NCBI RefSeq assembly: GCF_018977255.1
Contig: NW_024704742.1
Span: 32,986,001 to 33,050,000 of the forward strand
Length of the DNA stretch: 64,000 nucleotides
Direction: 5' to 3'
Source: Callorhinchus milii
Taxonomy: Eukaryota
The stretch's first letter is position 1; every line of letters begins with the position of its first letter. Below the pieces are notes generated by a model that was not told the DNA's origin, ran no database searches, and was given only the letters and a program-made list of their open reading frames with translations. Position numbers and translations under genes: made by a program. Of the stretch, positions 24,810 to 38,690 are shown piece by piece.

Positions 24810-26662
24810 ATAGTGTTTATTCCAAAAAAGAATCTTTATCTTCTTAAATTTATAAAAAAGATATAACATAGCTAGTGCTACCACAGCACTTAACACTTTA
24901 AAATGGTTGAATTGTGCAAATTATGACGTGAGATTCAGATATCTATGTCCAGGCTGAGATGGTAATTTTGTCTCTCAAATTCTCTCATACAGACAGCACC
25001 AGTGGGCTGAATTTCCAGTGTTGCATCTTAGGCATTGTTGGTTGTTAACAGGTTTTCCGTATTAAAATCGTGGATTACCAAAGGCACTGAACATAATCCA
25101 GAGAGGAATTTCAGTTTTTGACCTATGCCAAGAAAGCAAAACTGGTCAGAAGGGAAGTGCTCTCATCTTCCTAGGTTACCATGTTCAGTGCTGGCATTCC
25201 CTCTAGGTTGTGGTTTCAAATTCTATGAGATCACAGTGTAGTCATTGATGTCTTTCAGGTGAGACTTCAAATCAAGATCACATCTGGCTATTCAGATGGG
25301 TGTTAAAGAGCAGAAACACATGTTTCTCTTGGTGTCCTGGCAAACAATCCTCCAGATTAATTACTAATTTGCCTCACGACTATGTGGGACATTTCTGTCA
25401 CAAACAGCTGATATACTACCTACAAAAATAGATAGAAATATAGAAATCTGCAGCGCAGAAGGCCATTCAGCAATTTCAACATAATTAGAATTTAACAATT
25501 GATATAACTCCTTATTGTGTGAAAACATCTCAAAGTCCTTCATAGAATTTTTCTGTAAAGTGTAGTGACCTTGTATTTCAAATCCTATCAGCACTCGAAC
25601 CAGCCGTTCCGTTCGCTCAACAAATACTGGCTTACTTCTTATCCTCTAACTTATCCACCCCCACAGGAGTGGATGGGCTTTCAGTCTTTCTATTCCCATT
25701 CTCTGAAACTCCATCCCAAAGTCCATCTTGTTCACTCCCTCCCTCACCTTGTTCAAGGTCCATCTCATGACCTACCTCTTTGACTACTTTTGGTCATTTT
25801 ACCCCTCCCCACCCACATCAGCTCCCACCTCAACTCGGGTGGCAATCCAGGACTGTCAATTGCTTTGGGACATCCTCCTGATGTGAAAGGCACACTATAA
25901 CTGTAAATGTGTATTGTATTTGAAGGCAAATGTGTAATGTGTAGATTGTACACAGCAATGTCCAGCAAACAACAACAACTTGCATTTACATAGCACTCTT
26001 CATTCAGGGTGGCATCTCGGAGTGCTTAAACAGCCACAAAATGACCAATTTTTCTTTTATCTTGGGGTTTGTTGGTCAGGACACCAGGAGAAATTCTCTC
26101 CTTTTTTGAATAGTGTCACAATGACTTTTATATCTATTATTGCAACATAAGCCAGGCCCTCGATTTAACATCTCGGTTTAACATCTCATCTGAAGGACAG
26201 GTAAAAACATGCTATAAGAAAGCAAGTTCTTTCCTTCACTAGACTGACTGAACAAATGATCAAATGATCAAAAGCCCTGATAACAGGTCAGACAGAAATG
26301 TGGACACGAAAATGAAAAACATTGCTGCGTTTTACCTACAAAAAATACACAGTCAATTCACTTTACTGTATATCCTATGAGGCGCTTTGAGACGTCTCAA
26401 CAACATGATAAGGCGCTATATCAAATGCAAGAATTATTATATTATTAGTATTATTATTAAAGAAAGTGTAGACTATTATCAAATGAAAATGTTATCAACA
26501 AAAGATGTCTTCTCAGGTGTATTTTATTTTTTAAAAAATGTATTTGTTCCAATTTGGATCATGTTTAACACCAGCCATTCCTCATGACAAATGCTCCGAT
26601 AAGGATTACAGGAGCTTTTCTTTGCCAAAGTAAAAATAGCATTTTATTTAGCAAATTCAGAA

Positions 26663-26668
26663 AATAAA
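26663..26668 (+). promoter_or_regulatory. Candidate polyadenylation signal of the arylsulfatase gene
   Basis: First AATAAA I saw downstream of the stop codon, followed by a GT/T-rich tract. ATTAAA variants occur earlier (e.g. 25061). Confidence 0.25.
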
Positions 26669-27201
26669 GAAAGTGTCTCTTGTTCTGTATAATACACCTT
26701 CAACGTCTTTTCTTCACTAATGGCAATTGAAGTCACAATGCTTTCTCACATTCAACTTTTAGAGAAAATGTGGCACTGAAGGTCAGTTGTGAAACCTAGT
26801 ACAGTTTCAAATCAAATAGGTCTCAAATAGGTAGGTCTAACTTGCCAGTAGATCTATCACAATTATAGATTTGCAAACATGATTTTTGTGTTTTGGGGGA
26901 AAAGCATTTTGCTTTTTAGGTCTCTTGATTCATTCTTTGTGTTTGTTTTTTTTAAAAATATAAAATATTTTAACTTGAACCTTTTTAAGCCAAGTTTTTA
27001 AACCTCTTCCTTCAAGAGTCCTTTGGCACAAAATGTCAAAAAGGCTTTACCTTTTATTGCTAATTGACTCCCCAGCTCAGGTACAAACCCTTGACTGTCC
27101 AGTGCCTTGGGACGTCCTCCCAACACTGAAGGCGCTGTATAAGTGCAATTTGTTGTTGTTGTTTGTTGTTGTTGACACTGATTTTCAAGCTATCCGACAA
27201 T

Positions 27202-27555
27202 ACAACAACAACAGCAACAAAATTACATTTATAGAGCGCCTTTCACGTCGGGAGTACGTCCAAAAGCGCTGAACAGTCGGGTCGGGATCTGAGCATGAGG
27301 GAGGGGTGGTGTAGGGGTGAGGGAAGGCAGAGAGGTGGGAAGGCGACCAAAGGCACGATCGAAGAGAAGGTTCTTGAGACCGGCCTTGAAGGAGGCAAGG
27401 GAGGAAGTGAGGTGAAGGGACCGTGGGATGGAGTTCCAGAGTGTGGGGGCAGAGAGGCTGAAAGCTCAGCCACCGATGGTAGGGTGGGTCAGGTGGGAGA
27501 CATGGAGCAGACCGGAGCCCGCTGAACGGAGGGAGCGGGCAGGCTGGTAAGGAGA
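27202..27555 (-). mobile_element. L2 3' fragment
   Basis: Homologous to 48277-48650, including the (CAA)n tail and gagaccggccttgaaggagg. Confidence 0.88.
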
Positions 27556-30292
27556 CTTTGAATTATATCAAAGCTGGAAGAATGTGGCACAATGACAGTT
27601 TTTAATTTCAAAAAAAGAAGTATTGTTTGGAATGGTCAAATCAGATCGCAGACTTTTATTAAGAATTGTTTCAAAGCATTTTCATACCAGTTGGGTTCTA
27701 AGTCAGTACAATTCAGTTCACTTGCTCCTTTTTGCTTTCCATTTAGGAGTGTTGCTATAGTGTATCCACATAGAGTGGGATAAAGTTAAAAGGATTCTGG
27801 GACTTAAAATTTACAATTATAACTGCCTCCCTTCAGGAAAAACCAAGATGACAGCAATCCAGGTCTGAAGAGGGAAATTCCACTTCCTGGGGGGAACAGT
27901 GCTCCCAGTGGCTACTTGCAACTACATAAGTTAACACAATGCCAGACATAAAACATCACAAATTTTACTCAATTATCATATCGTAATAACTTCTAAAACG
28001 TCTCTACTTCTCACCAACCTCACAATCCCATGTCATATGAATTTATACTTATGAAATCATTGTTTTGCAGTAAGCAATGTCACAATGATGATGTAGTTCT
28101 GATTTCTAATTTCTCACTAAGAACATTCGGTGATGAAGTAGTTGAAGTACGACTGATTCTTAAAGCACTGAGACCATGAAGTAAAAAATGGGGTGTATAA
28201 TGTAATAATGATCACCAGGGATAATTCTCATATCACATTCCCACCTCTGTCGTACACTAGTGATCATTATTACATCACACACTTCACTATTACACCAGAG
28301 CTCAAAATCACAGAATTTAACAGCACAGAAAGGCCATTCACCCATCGTAGCTGTGCCGAATATTTGAAAGACCCTTGTTTATTGTCTCCTTATAACATAA
28401 AAAGCTACAAAGGTCATCAGTTTGTTTAGACTGAGACAGAATTCAATTTGTGATTTCTATTCATTGTGATTATGTGTATACCTCAGAAGCCCTTTATCTT
28501 GCTACATCAGTAATATTTCATTACATTTTATTCATTAGTTTTAAAAGCTTGACAATTTGGCTTCTTTGACCTATTTGTCCTTTTTAACCGTCTTTACCCA
28601 ATAGTCATTTCCGATTGCCTTCCCGCAGCTTTCAGACAATTTTGGGGTTAACTTAGCAACACATTTGATATCTGTCACATCAGATGTTTCCTGAAAGTAC
28701 CAGAGATAGACCCACGGTACATTCTCAATGGCAATGGCCAATAAAGCCAGGTCTCCCAGCTCACATGTCCACTGACGGTTAACCTGACACTGGCTTTTTA
28801 CTGAACAAAAAATCAGAGCAGTTGGCAGATCCGGGGAGCATTTAATGTGATAAATATAGAGTATCGCAAATTTCATTCCAGTATCACGCTGACTGATGTT
28901 TTCAGAGTCCTGGTGAATCATTCATCTGTCAGCATCTCACAGATTAATTTCAGAAACAAATTGCAAACCAATTGTAAGAAATTCCACCTGGGTTTAGATT
29001 TACTCTATTTCCGTAACATTTCCGTTTTATAGCTGTTTGTGGAACATTGCTGTGCATAAATTGGCTGCTGCATTCACCCACAAAACACGCGGTCACTGCA
29101 ATTTATATTTTATTCTGTGAAGAACTTTGGCGCATCTATCCAATGCAAAAGGCACAAATTGTTGAATTCAGCTTTAAGCTATTTTCCATAGTTTTTAAAA
29201 TAAAACTTACAGCAAACCGACATCAAAATTAAAGTTGTACTTATGAAGTTGCCACATTCTGGACACTCTGAAATGCTCCCAAATAGTGTAAATCTACACA
29301 TCGATTTCCCCTCATAATTCTTTCAGATTAAATTTTTCTGTCAGTGCAAAAAATAGCACCCCTGGTAAAATTAAAATACTCAGACAACCTTAATAATGAT
29401 TTAATTGAGTATCTTTTATTGACTCTTGTGTTGACTCAATGGGGTCCCACTGGACCTCAACACCTGATCAAGAGCACCTTTGTCAAACGTCAACAATTTG
29501 TTGATGCTTTGTCAGAAAACTGAATTTACATTGTCACCCCTCCCTTGCCACCTTCAAGACCCATCTCAAGACCCTCCTCTTTGACTGTGTCTTTGATCTC
29601 CCTGCTTTCCCCCCTGCCCTCCAGCCTCCCTGACCCCGACCCCCAGCTCGGGTCCGAAACTCTGTCTGTCTAGAACCTTGGGACACCCTCCCGACGTCAT
29701 TTTGTTATGTAATTTGTTGTTGTATTTGGTAATTTTGCTTTTTTTTAAGGAACAGTGGAAATGGGATTCAGTGTTAGTTTTGAACCTGCCAGACACTATC
29801 TCTCTGCTGCTCTTCTGTTGTACACATTCCATGTCAAGAAATTGATTGACGCATGCCAGGACAGTGGGAATATTCCCTGCGCTTCTCAGATTGGAAAGTG
29901 ATGGAAATTTACTCAAACATTCTTCTCCCTCACAGTCCTCACACTCTGCTGACTGATATACACATGTAAGAGCACAAAAGAAGGTTGAATTAAAACAGGA
30001 GAAGTATGTTGTAACCACAGAATGATCGGCACAGAAACAGGCCGCTTGGTCCAGCTAGTCAACTCCAATGTTCATACTCTACATTAAGAGGCTCCAACCG
30101 GTCGATCGCCGCTAGCTAACGTCTTGTTCAATAAAAACAAGAGGCAGGAGCTATATTTGCCGCAGTTTTAACATTAAAGTTTATATTTTTATTTCCAGAT
30201 GCATGAAATACTTTGTGCATTTGGCTTCATTTTCAATTTGACTCAATAGTGATGCAGCTGTACTACTCCTACCCCTTGTTTATCACGCACGA

Positions 30293-30308
30293 CAGCACCA
30301 CCTAGTGG
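30293..30308 (-). promoter_or_regulatory. Candidate CTCF site
   Basis: Minus strand reads CCACTAGGTGGTGCTG, close to the CTCF core consensus CCASYAGRKGGCRSYR. Confidence 0.45.
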
Positions 30309-32139
30309 TGATCTATTGGTTGGAGACCCCTGTTCTCCATGAACCCCGACCCCTTCTATTCCCCTCACTGTATCCCTCTATTCACTTCTCCCTCATTCGT
30401 GCATCAAATTTCCTCTTTAATATGTTGATGCTTCAACCACAGCTGCCACATTCCACATTCTCGTCATCCTTTGCATCACCAGCAATTCTTACAACCAAAG
30501 TGTTGTGAGGATGCAGAGTAAACTGGACCAAGTGACTTGGAGAAAAAAAGTGGGGAAAATATAAAGAACTTCAATAATGTAATAAAACATCAGAACAGGC
30601 TCAACAAATCTGATCCTATATTCTTATATTCCTACGCAACTCTGTTCAGATTCATTCTCTTCTTTTCATACCCATTACTATTTCTTCAGCTATTAGTGCA
30701 AATGACAGCAGAAAGGCAAGTAATCAATGTAAAAAAATGATAGGATTTGGGAGTTCATGCTCCATGAATCTTTGAGAAATCTAGTTTGCTAGTGGATTAG
30801 TCATCTGGAGATACTGGACCTACATGCCTGATGTTTGTAACTGCCTATTACTCATTACATTGTAACTTTTCTTTCCCTTTAATAATGAAGTATGTTCTCA
30901 TTCATCTTTGTCCTGTATATGAACCTCAAGTCAAAGATCTTCTTTGAAAGTTGGGTGGAGTGATTTAAATACCATTGTGGAATGTTTGGTTTCAACACCC
31001 CAGTGCCTCGCTGAGCTGGGAACATTCGATTGTAAAGTCCCAGAGTAGACTGCTAATGGTGCTCTGTGTGTGCAGTATAGAATGTCAGCTCAGCAACCCC
31101 TGACTCATATAGGTCAAACTGTGTTGGAGAGATGATAGGAGTCAAATCAGAATTTCCGTACTGAATCACGCTGTTTCTAGCATGATCCCATAACACAATG
31201 CGAGTCACAGATATACAAGTACAACTCTATCGTATTTAGTACAAAAGAACGTTTGCCTACAAAATACACAGTCACTACACTTTACCGAACATTTTATCAA
31301 ATGGTGAGTGGTAGGTGGACGGGTAATACCACCAAATCAACTTTCCATCCTTTTCATCAAACGCCATCCAAACTCCTTTTCTCCAGAAATTCATTTAATT
31401 GTCCTTTGAGCACATTGATATACTGAGTGCTATGCATATTGAAGATATGGAAACTTGCCAAATTCTTTTAGAAAAATCTAAGTATGAACAGTATTTCCCT
31501 TGTCTGCCAAGAGTCTTACCTTCAAAATATTAGTCAAATTAGCCTTCAAAATAGGCAAGTCAAACAAAACCTCTTTCCTTCAGAAAGATTTGCTTTTCCA
31601 AATGTTCATCCGTGTGATTGCTTAAAATTGCATTAATAGCAATAATCGTTCCATTTGATATAGGGCCTTTCACATCGGGAAGGATATCTCAAAGTGCTTT
31701 AGAATTTACTTTAAAATGTAATAACTATTTTTGGTGGGTGAAATTATTTATCAGATTTGACTTATAATTGATGCTAAAATTACTGCTCAATATTCTCCTA
31801 TTTTTTTCTCTTCAGAACTATTTAAAAAAAGGATTTTTGTTAGCCATTTTCCAATACTCAGGAATTCTGATCTGATTTTACAAAGTTTCCAGTTGAAAGT
31901 TCACTGTTCAGTTGGTGGATGGGAGTAACTCATTTAAATAGCAGTTTGATGCTCTGATGTGGGGATGGGGGCTGTGAATGGCAGGGTGGATATTCTGGAA
32001 GGTTGAGATCAGGTGGCTAAAGGGCATTCTTCATCCAAACCAATCATGAGATCTTGTGATCGTGTGACTGCAATTTTAATCTCTCATCCGAGCTTCTGCC
32101 CGCTTTGCATTTCCAAAACATTCAGCAGAGTATGACAGA

Positions 32140-32882
32140 TAAAAACATAAGAACACAAGAAATGCTAGATGAAAAAAAGACCACAGTCCATCTTGTTCAC
32201 CTTCCACCTTCCTGGCGGTCGCATGCACATATGTTCCAACTACCTATGTACTATATCCCATAATGTTATTTCCTGAAAGAAAATATTTAATCTGTGTTTG
32301 AAGGAATCCTACTTCAACCGTCTGCCTAGGGAGCCTGTTGCAGAGGTTTACTATTCGCTCACTGAAATAGTGTTTCCGTAGATTCGTTCTGAGTTTCAAT
32401 CACAGGTTGTGTCCTCTGGTTTTACTATTCTGGACAAGTTGAAACAGCCTATCATACTCTATATTGTCTTGCCCCTTTAGAATCTTAAAGACAGCAATCA
32501 TATGTACTCTCAATCTTCTTTTCTCCAGCGTGAACAAGCCCAATTTACTGACTCGCTCCTCGTAGTCCAGTCCCTTCATTTCCTCAATCATTTTGGTTGC
32601 CCTCCTCTGTATTCTCTCAATTTCTCCCATACCCTTTTTGTATTTCAGCAGCCAGAACTATACACAGTTCTCTAAGTAAGATCTCACCAATGGTTTATAC
32701 AGTGGTAGGATTACTCCACTATTTGGGCTTCCTATTGATCTTTTGATACTCCCAACATCTAGTTAGCTTTACTCACTACCTCAGAGCATTGTTGTGAGAG
32801 CTTCAATTTATTGTCAATCAGAACCCCCAGATCCTTTTCATTTTCCATACATATTATTTTCCTTCCGTTCAAATAATACATG
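32140..32882 (-). mobile_element. CR1-type LINE 3' fragment
   Basis: IERIQRRATKMI...LGLFTLEKRRLR...VFKILKG...TRGHNL on the minus strand; aacataagaacacaag tail on +. Confidence 0.9.
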
Positions 32883-35800
32883 ATTTAATTATAATCAATT
32901 GAAGTTAAATTGAAGTTAAAACTTAAGACCAATGGAATATTTTGTGATTAACACTTTCACAATGAAAACTTATGTTAAATAAGTCTTGCACCTTTCACAT
33001 CAAGAGGATATCTCAAAGCAGTTGATAGGATATGCTGTAAAGTGTGGTGATCATGAATTCTGTAGGCAAACTCCGCAACCAATTTGCACATCACAATGTC
33101 CTACAAACAGCCATGTAAATTGTGCTGTATCTGCAGGAAAGCACAGCGAATTTATGCTTGACAAGGTGCAAAAACACAGTTAAATGAATGATCAAAAGGA
33201 ACTAAGCAACAATAATATAATAATAATCCTTGCATTTGATAAACACGTTATCACATTGCCAAGATGTCTCAAAGCACTTCACAGGATTTACTGTAAAGTG
33301 TATTTTGTAAGTCAAGTAAATATGATAGAAACTAAAGTGTTTTGTATTAAAGTATAGGCTTTGTTTCATTACTGTCGCTTTTATTTGGTTCCAAATGGCA
33401 TTCTGTAAAGAAATATTCATAAACAGCAACTATTCAGCTATATTTGAGGCAATACAGCGCTTTGCTGGGTGGCACCAAAGAAGCAGAGGAGAACAGAGAA
33501 TTGAGACTCAATTTCGACCATAGCTAAATTCCCATTTATAACTGTATTACTGGGAGAGAGGGAGGGAAAAAATGTCATTCGAGGGTATCTGTTAGATGCC
33601 TCCTGGTAGTCAGATAAAGAATTACAATAGCAAAATCCTGACAGATTTTGAGGCTTTCAGCCTGTACAAGGAGATAATGGATGGCAAGAGAGGATAATGG
33701 GATTTCATAATCCTCCTTTGATAAGAAGTCAAAATCAATTAAGAAATGCTGAGACTTTTAGCAGATTTTTGGTTTATTCAAAGAATTAAGCATTTAAATG
33801 TAAATAAAACCTGATGAATGGCCAAAAATTCATTGAGTGGCAGTTCCGAACTGATTAAAACATTCTATCAGATTAGAAAAACATAATGAACAATATGGTG
33901 AAAAATGTGCCACCTGATGTGATGTTGTAACTATCACATCACGTGTCAATTTTTTCAATCCAACAAAATACAGATCAATGGTGAAGCCAACCTTTTGAGA
34001 ACAATAACTTTATTTTCAGAAACAGAACTGAATTAGCTAAAGCTTTTCATCTTCTGAGACAGAAATGTCAAATCCCACAATAGCCTAGTGGATAAAGACA
34101 ACACCCACTGCAATGTTAGACTAAAATGATTGTTCACATTCAAACTCTATGCTGCGTTGCTAGAGTTTTCATGACCTTAACCTTAGTTCCAAGTGTTGCT
34201 ATAAGTGGCTTTACCCAGTGCAAGATCATGCGTTGTTCAGGAGAATCTTAACTTGAAAGTTGAGTGTCCTGATTTTATTTAAAGTATTTATGATTTGATT
34301 CAAGTATGAACTAACATTTTCTGGGCTGGGATGCCGCTATTTTTTAAATCTGGCCAATCCACAAAATAGCTATTAGACTCTGAGATGCCATCCAGCATGA
34401 AGGGCTCTATAGAAATGCAAGTTGTTGTTGTTGATATTACAACCAAAAGGCAATGTTACCATTAACCTTTGAAATCCTCTGAGTCGCCAGGTTGCATAAC
34501 CTATCTTTCCCAACAGTACATCGAGCGGAGTGTTAGCAGTTGGGAAGATAATGAATTTACAAAGCGGAATGATTGCCTCAGTTTGTAATCAGCCTGTACA
34601 CCCTTTCGTTGAATATCCTGCAGTGCAAGAAAGGTATGAAAGCAACTAGGCCATAACAACACAACTGATCTGAGGTCTGGTAACTTGTTATGAAAAAATT
34701 ATAAAAAGAGAAAGTGTAGATTAAGGTACAAATATGACAACAGATTAAATTGAAGTAACACAAATCAAATTAGATGAGGATTGAGGATTTTACCTAAAAT
34801 GTTAAAATTAACATAACCCTGCACTAACGATTTACAGGTTTAATTCATGTATTAATTTGAGAAAAATACTGCTATTAGTACACAGTTCTTACAGATACCC
34901 ATAAAAGGAGAATGTATGCGGATGTGGAGATCCCAGGAATCAAGATAAGGAGAAAAGGCTTGTATTCAGCTGTGGCCTAGATGTCAAACACTGGTGGTTG
35001 CAAACCTTTCAAGCTCATTATAATGATGATCATCATAATAATAATCCTTGCATTTGATACAGCACTTCATTATGCCAGGAGTTTACTTCCCCCAGAAGAT
35101 CAGAATCCTGACTGTGACTTACAATTTTTTTTTGTTTACTCAGAACTGCAGGTTTGGGGTTACTGGAGGTGGTTCAACATCATCTGTCCTCACCTGGATT
35201 GAATACCGTTGGACATGATAAGCTTGTTTTGTCTGACATTCTCAAATTCCTAAAGGTTTTATCTGGAAACACCCAGTCTACTTTCTTAAACCTTTCCTAT
35301 GTAACTCTCTGAAGCATTTTAAGTTTTGCAGTCATAGCGTTTTGTTTTTGTTCAGCCAGGTGTCAGAGACATGCAGAAACCCCTCACTGAACTATGAAAG
35401 CCCCTCTGAGTCATCTTCTCTCAAGACTGAAGAACTCTGTCTTACACTACTGAGAGTTTCACATTTTGTCACAGGAATCTTTAATAACCACAGGCAGCAG
35501 GCGCCTGAGATCTTGGTTTAATGTCTCATCTGAAGGACAGCAACGCAGTGCATCCCCAGCACGACATTGCAGTCCTTCAGATGAGGCTATGAGCTCAAAG
35601 TTCTATCACATGATCTTTTGAGTCATAAGATCACAAGGTTGGTCTGGATGAAAAGGTCTTTGGTCTATCTGATCTCATTTGTCCAGAACATCCACCATAC
35701 CCTCGCTGCATCAAGCTGCTTTTTAAATGAGTCTAGTGGCTTGGCCTCTACCACCTTTGCTGCAACATGTTCCAGTCGTTGATTACACTCTTCACAAAGA

Positions 35801-38299
35801 AAAACTTCCTGACATCTGTCCTGAAACTGTCCTTTACAACTCTAAACTTATGTCCTCTTATTCTAATGTCACAATAAATGAGATGGCAGTTGTTCCTGGT
35901 CAACATTCACCCAGATAAAAGTGGTCATTCAATTCATGGGTTTGGGCCATTATTGTGCACAAATCGGCTGCCACTTTCAATTAAAAAATACACAGTTACA
36001 GTTACAGAGCTCCATCAAATGCATGATTTTTTATTATATTCTGGAGGTAATTACCATCAATGACTCATATACATTCTCTGCAGCACAGAGTTATTGCGCT
36101 ATGATGGAGTCAAGTGGTATTTGGTTCATTGTAAAGTGACAGAGGAAATGTATCAATTATTTAATCAATGAATGATTTTGACCAGACTGAGCACAGGCAA
36201 CCTGAAAACTAACTCCTCTGCCCTCCTCTCTGCTCAGCGTCACTCTCTCATTCACATATCTTATACACAGTGTCAACATTCAGCTTTCAATTCATTGTTG
36301 GGTTTTTTTCAGGGTTTGTGTTATGAATAAACATGAACGTTTGCTTTTTACCTTTATTTTAACAATCGTATCTGCAGTAAATGTTCCAATCTCTTATTGT
36401 AAATGTTATAGTAATTATAATTATTATAATTATCCTTTATAATTATAATTGCCCCAAATAGCTCACAGCCTTTTGCGAATGGCTGTTTGTGAGATGAAGC
36501 TGTGTGCAAATTGGCTGCCATGTTCACCTACAGCCATTATTCTTCATTGTAAATCCTTTGAAGAGTTTTGAGATGTCTTCCTGACTTGAAAAGCTCTATA
36601 CCAAATGCTAGGATTATTATTATAAGAAGAATGGCAGCCATAAACCTTCAGTTGCTGAGCTTTTGTCACTCTTCAATCTACATAATTTAATTTCTACCAG
36701 TCACATTATGATAAAAAAAATCCAATCTTTATTTTAAAATTATTTTTAATGTATTTATAAATAAGACTCATTAAATTTGTTTTTACCTGCAAAACAAAAA
36801 ACGGTATTTTCAGGGGGCTTGCAGGGGGGCATTTTTGAAAACAAAATGGTAGATATTTTGTGAAATTCAGAATTTATTTTGGAAAATTCGCTTAACATGA
36901 GCATTCACAAGATCGCAAGATTGGTTTAGATGAAGAAGGTTCTTTGGCCGATGTGATCTTATCCCTCTTCAACCCATACCCACCCATCCTCCCATCACAG
37001 CATGAATCTGCTGTTTAAATGATTCCTTTTGCAGAAGCAGTATTGTAGCCAGTGGGTTTCAGGACTCAGGTGCATAAATGCGATGCTGATAAAAATTGGC
37101 AATCGGTAAAATCAGGTTTTCAAAATGAAATTTGAGTAAAAACCGTTGGTTTCCAATTGACTGTCACCAAAACAAAATGGTACTTATCAGTGAAAATCAG
37201 TAAAAAAATATTTTATTAGTTCTTAATAAAGAATAATAGCTTTCTGATGGAGAGTTAAGGGAATCCATTGCATGAATCTTAGGTTAAAAGCCATTAGAAC
37301 TTGCAGGTTTTATAACAGCACCATTGAATTGAATGATTGATTCTATTTCACTGCTAGCCACCCATCAATTCATCTTAATGCACTGCCTTCTCAATCCAAA
37401 AAAGTTTGTCCCTTATTACTTCATCTACCTGACTTTACAGGTCATGTCAAATTCAGAGCTGAAAGAGTTAACTGCATTTGCGTTCTTTGCTAACTTCTGG
37501 TTCAGCCACTTCTCAAAACAAAAGTTATGCTCAGGATTCAAAACAAGTTACGGTTGACAGTGACTGAGGGAAGGAAGTGTCTATTGAAAATGTTTGCAGT
37601 TCATTTATCCTCAACCTTGTCTTCATCAAAAACAATTTCAAAACCTGGCACTCTTTTTAACAACATTTAGATATACAATAAACAAATGGCGCAATTGCCG
37701 GCCTTAAGTTACACTGTTTTGAAGTCTAAATGAAGTCACTTTCTTGCGGAGGTAAAATTATTATCAGTTATTGCAAGTGAACACAAATATGGCATTTCAG
37801 AACTCAGTCTGCTACTTGCATGTTGGAGAGAGAGAGGATGTGGTTAGACATATTCAGATGCTCATTATATTGATGTTTGGGCTTTGCCAACAAATGCCTT
37901 ATGTGGTGCTCAACCTGCTACAAACACATTTATGTAAACTGGTGATGAGTTTTTCTCCTTCTGTGGTGAGGTTTGGTCTCATAGTAAATTGTTCAGTGTA
38001 GTCCTGAACATGCTTTGAAACACCTCAAGATGCTATCCTGAGAGAAAGGCGCTATATAAATACAAATTGTTATCGAAAGACATTAGAGGATTTGGCAAAT
38101 TGACTTAATAATAACAATTAAACTATGATATTTTTGTAAACATTTTGCTTTAAAAATTATCAATTTTAGCAGTAGTTTATCTACAAAATATACAGTTGCT
38201 GCTCTTAACAACAATTCCCTATGAAGAACTTATTCTGGGAGCATAAGCACTGGGTCAAATGCAAGATTAGTTCAATATATTACAATCTTTGCATTTTTT

Positions 38300-38690
38300 T
38301 TGATATAGCAGCTTTCACGTCCGGAGGACAGCCCAAAGCGCTTCACAGATTTGACTGTGTTAGTGGAGTGACTGCATATTTGTAGGCGAACGCAGCAGCG
38401 CAATTGTGCCCAGCAATGTTTTATAAACAGCCATGAAACAAATGACCAACTTTATTTTGGGCGATTTTTACCCATGGCACTGGGAGAATAATACAAAGGG
38501 ATCTTTAACGTCCACCTGAACCTGAGGCAGATGGGACCTTGGTTTAATGTTTCATCTGAAGTACGGTACCTCTGATAATGCAGCACACCTTCAGCATTGC
38601 AGTGGAGTGACATCTTTGACTGTAAGTTCAAGTCCCAACATAAACAATGGCCTGACTCAGGAACTAGACCACTGAGTCCAGCACTGACAT
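38300..38690 (-). mobile_element. Older Deu-domain SINE
   Basis: Tail, Deu core (gggatctttaacgtccacctgaa) and degenerate head. Confidence 0.7.

Noticed and set aside
34502..34550. Short hairpin tatctttcccaac...gttgggaagata
   Set aside because: A ~12-bp stem with a bulge is too short to distinguish from chance or a decayed repeat.
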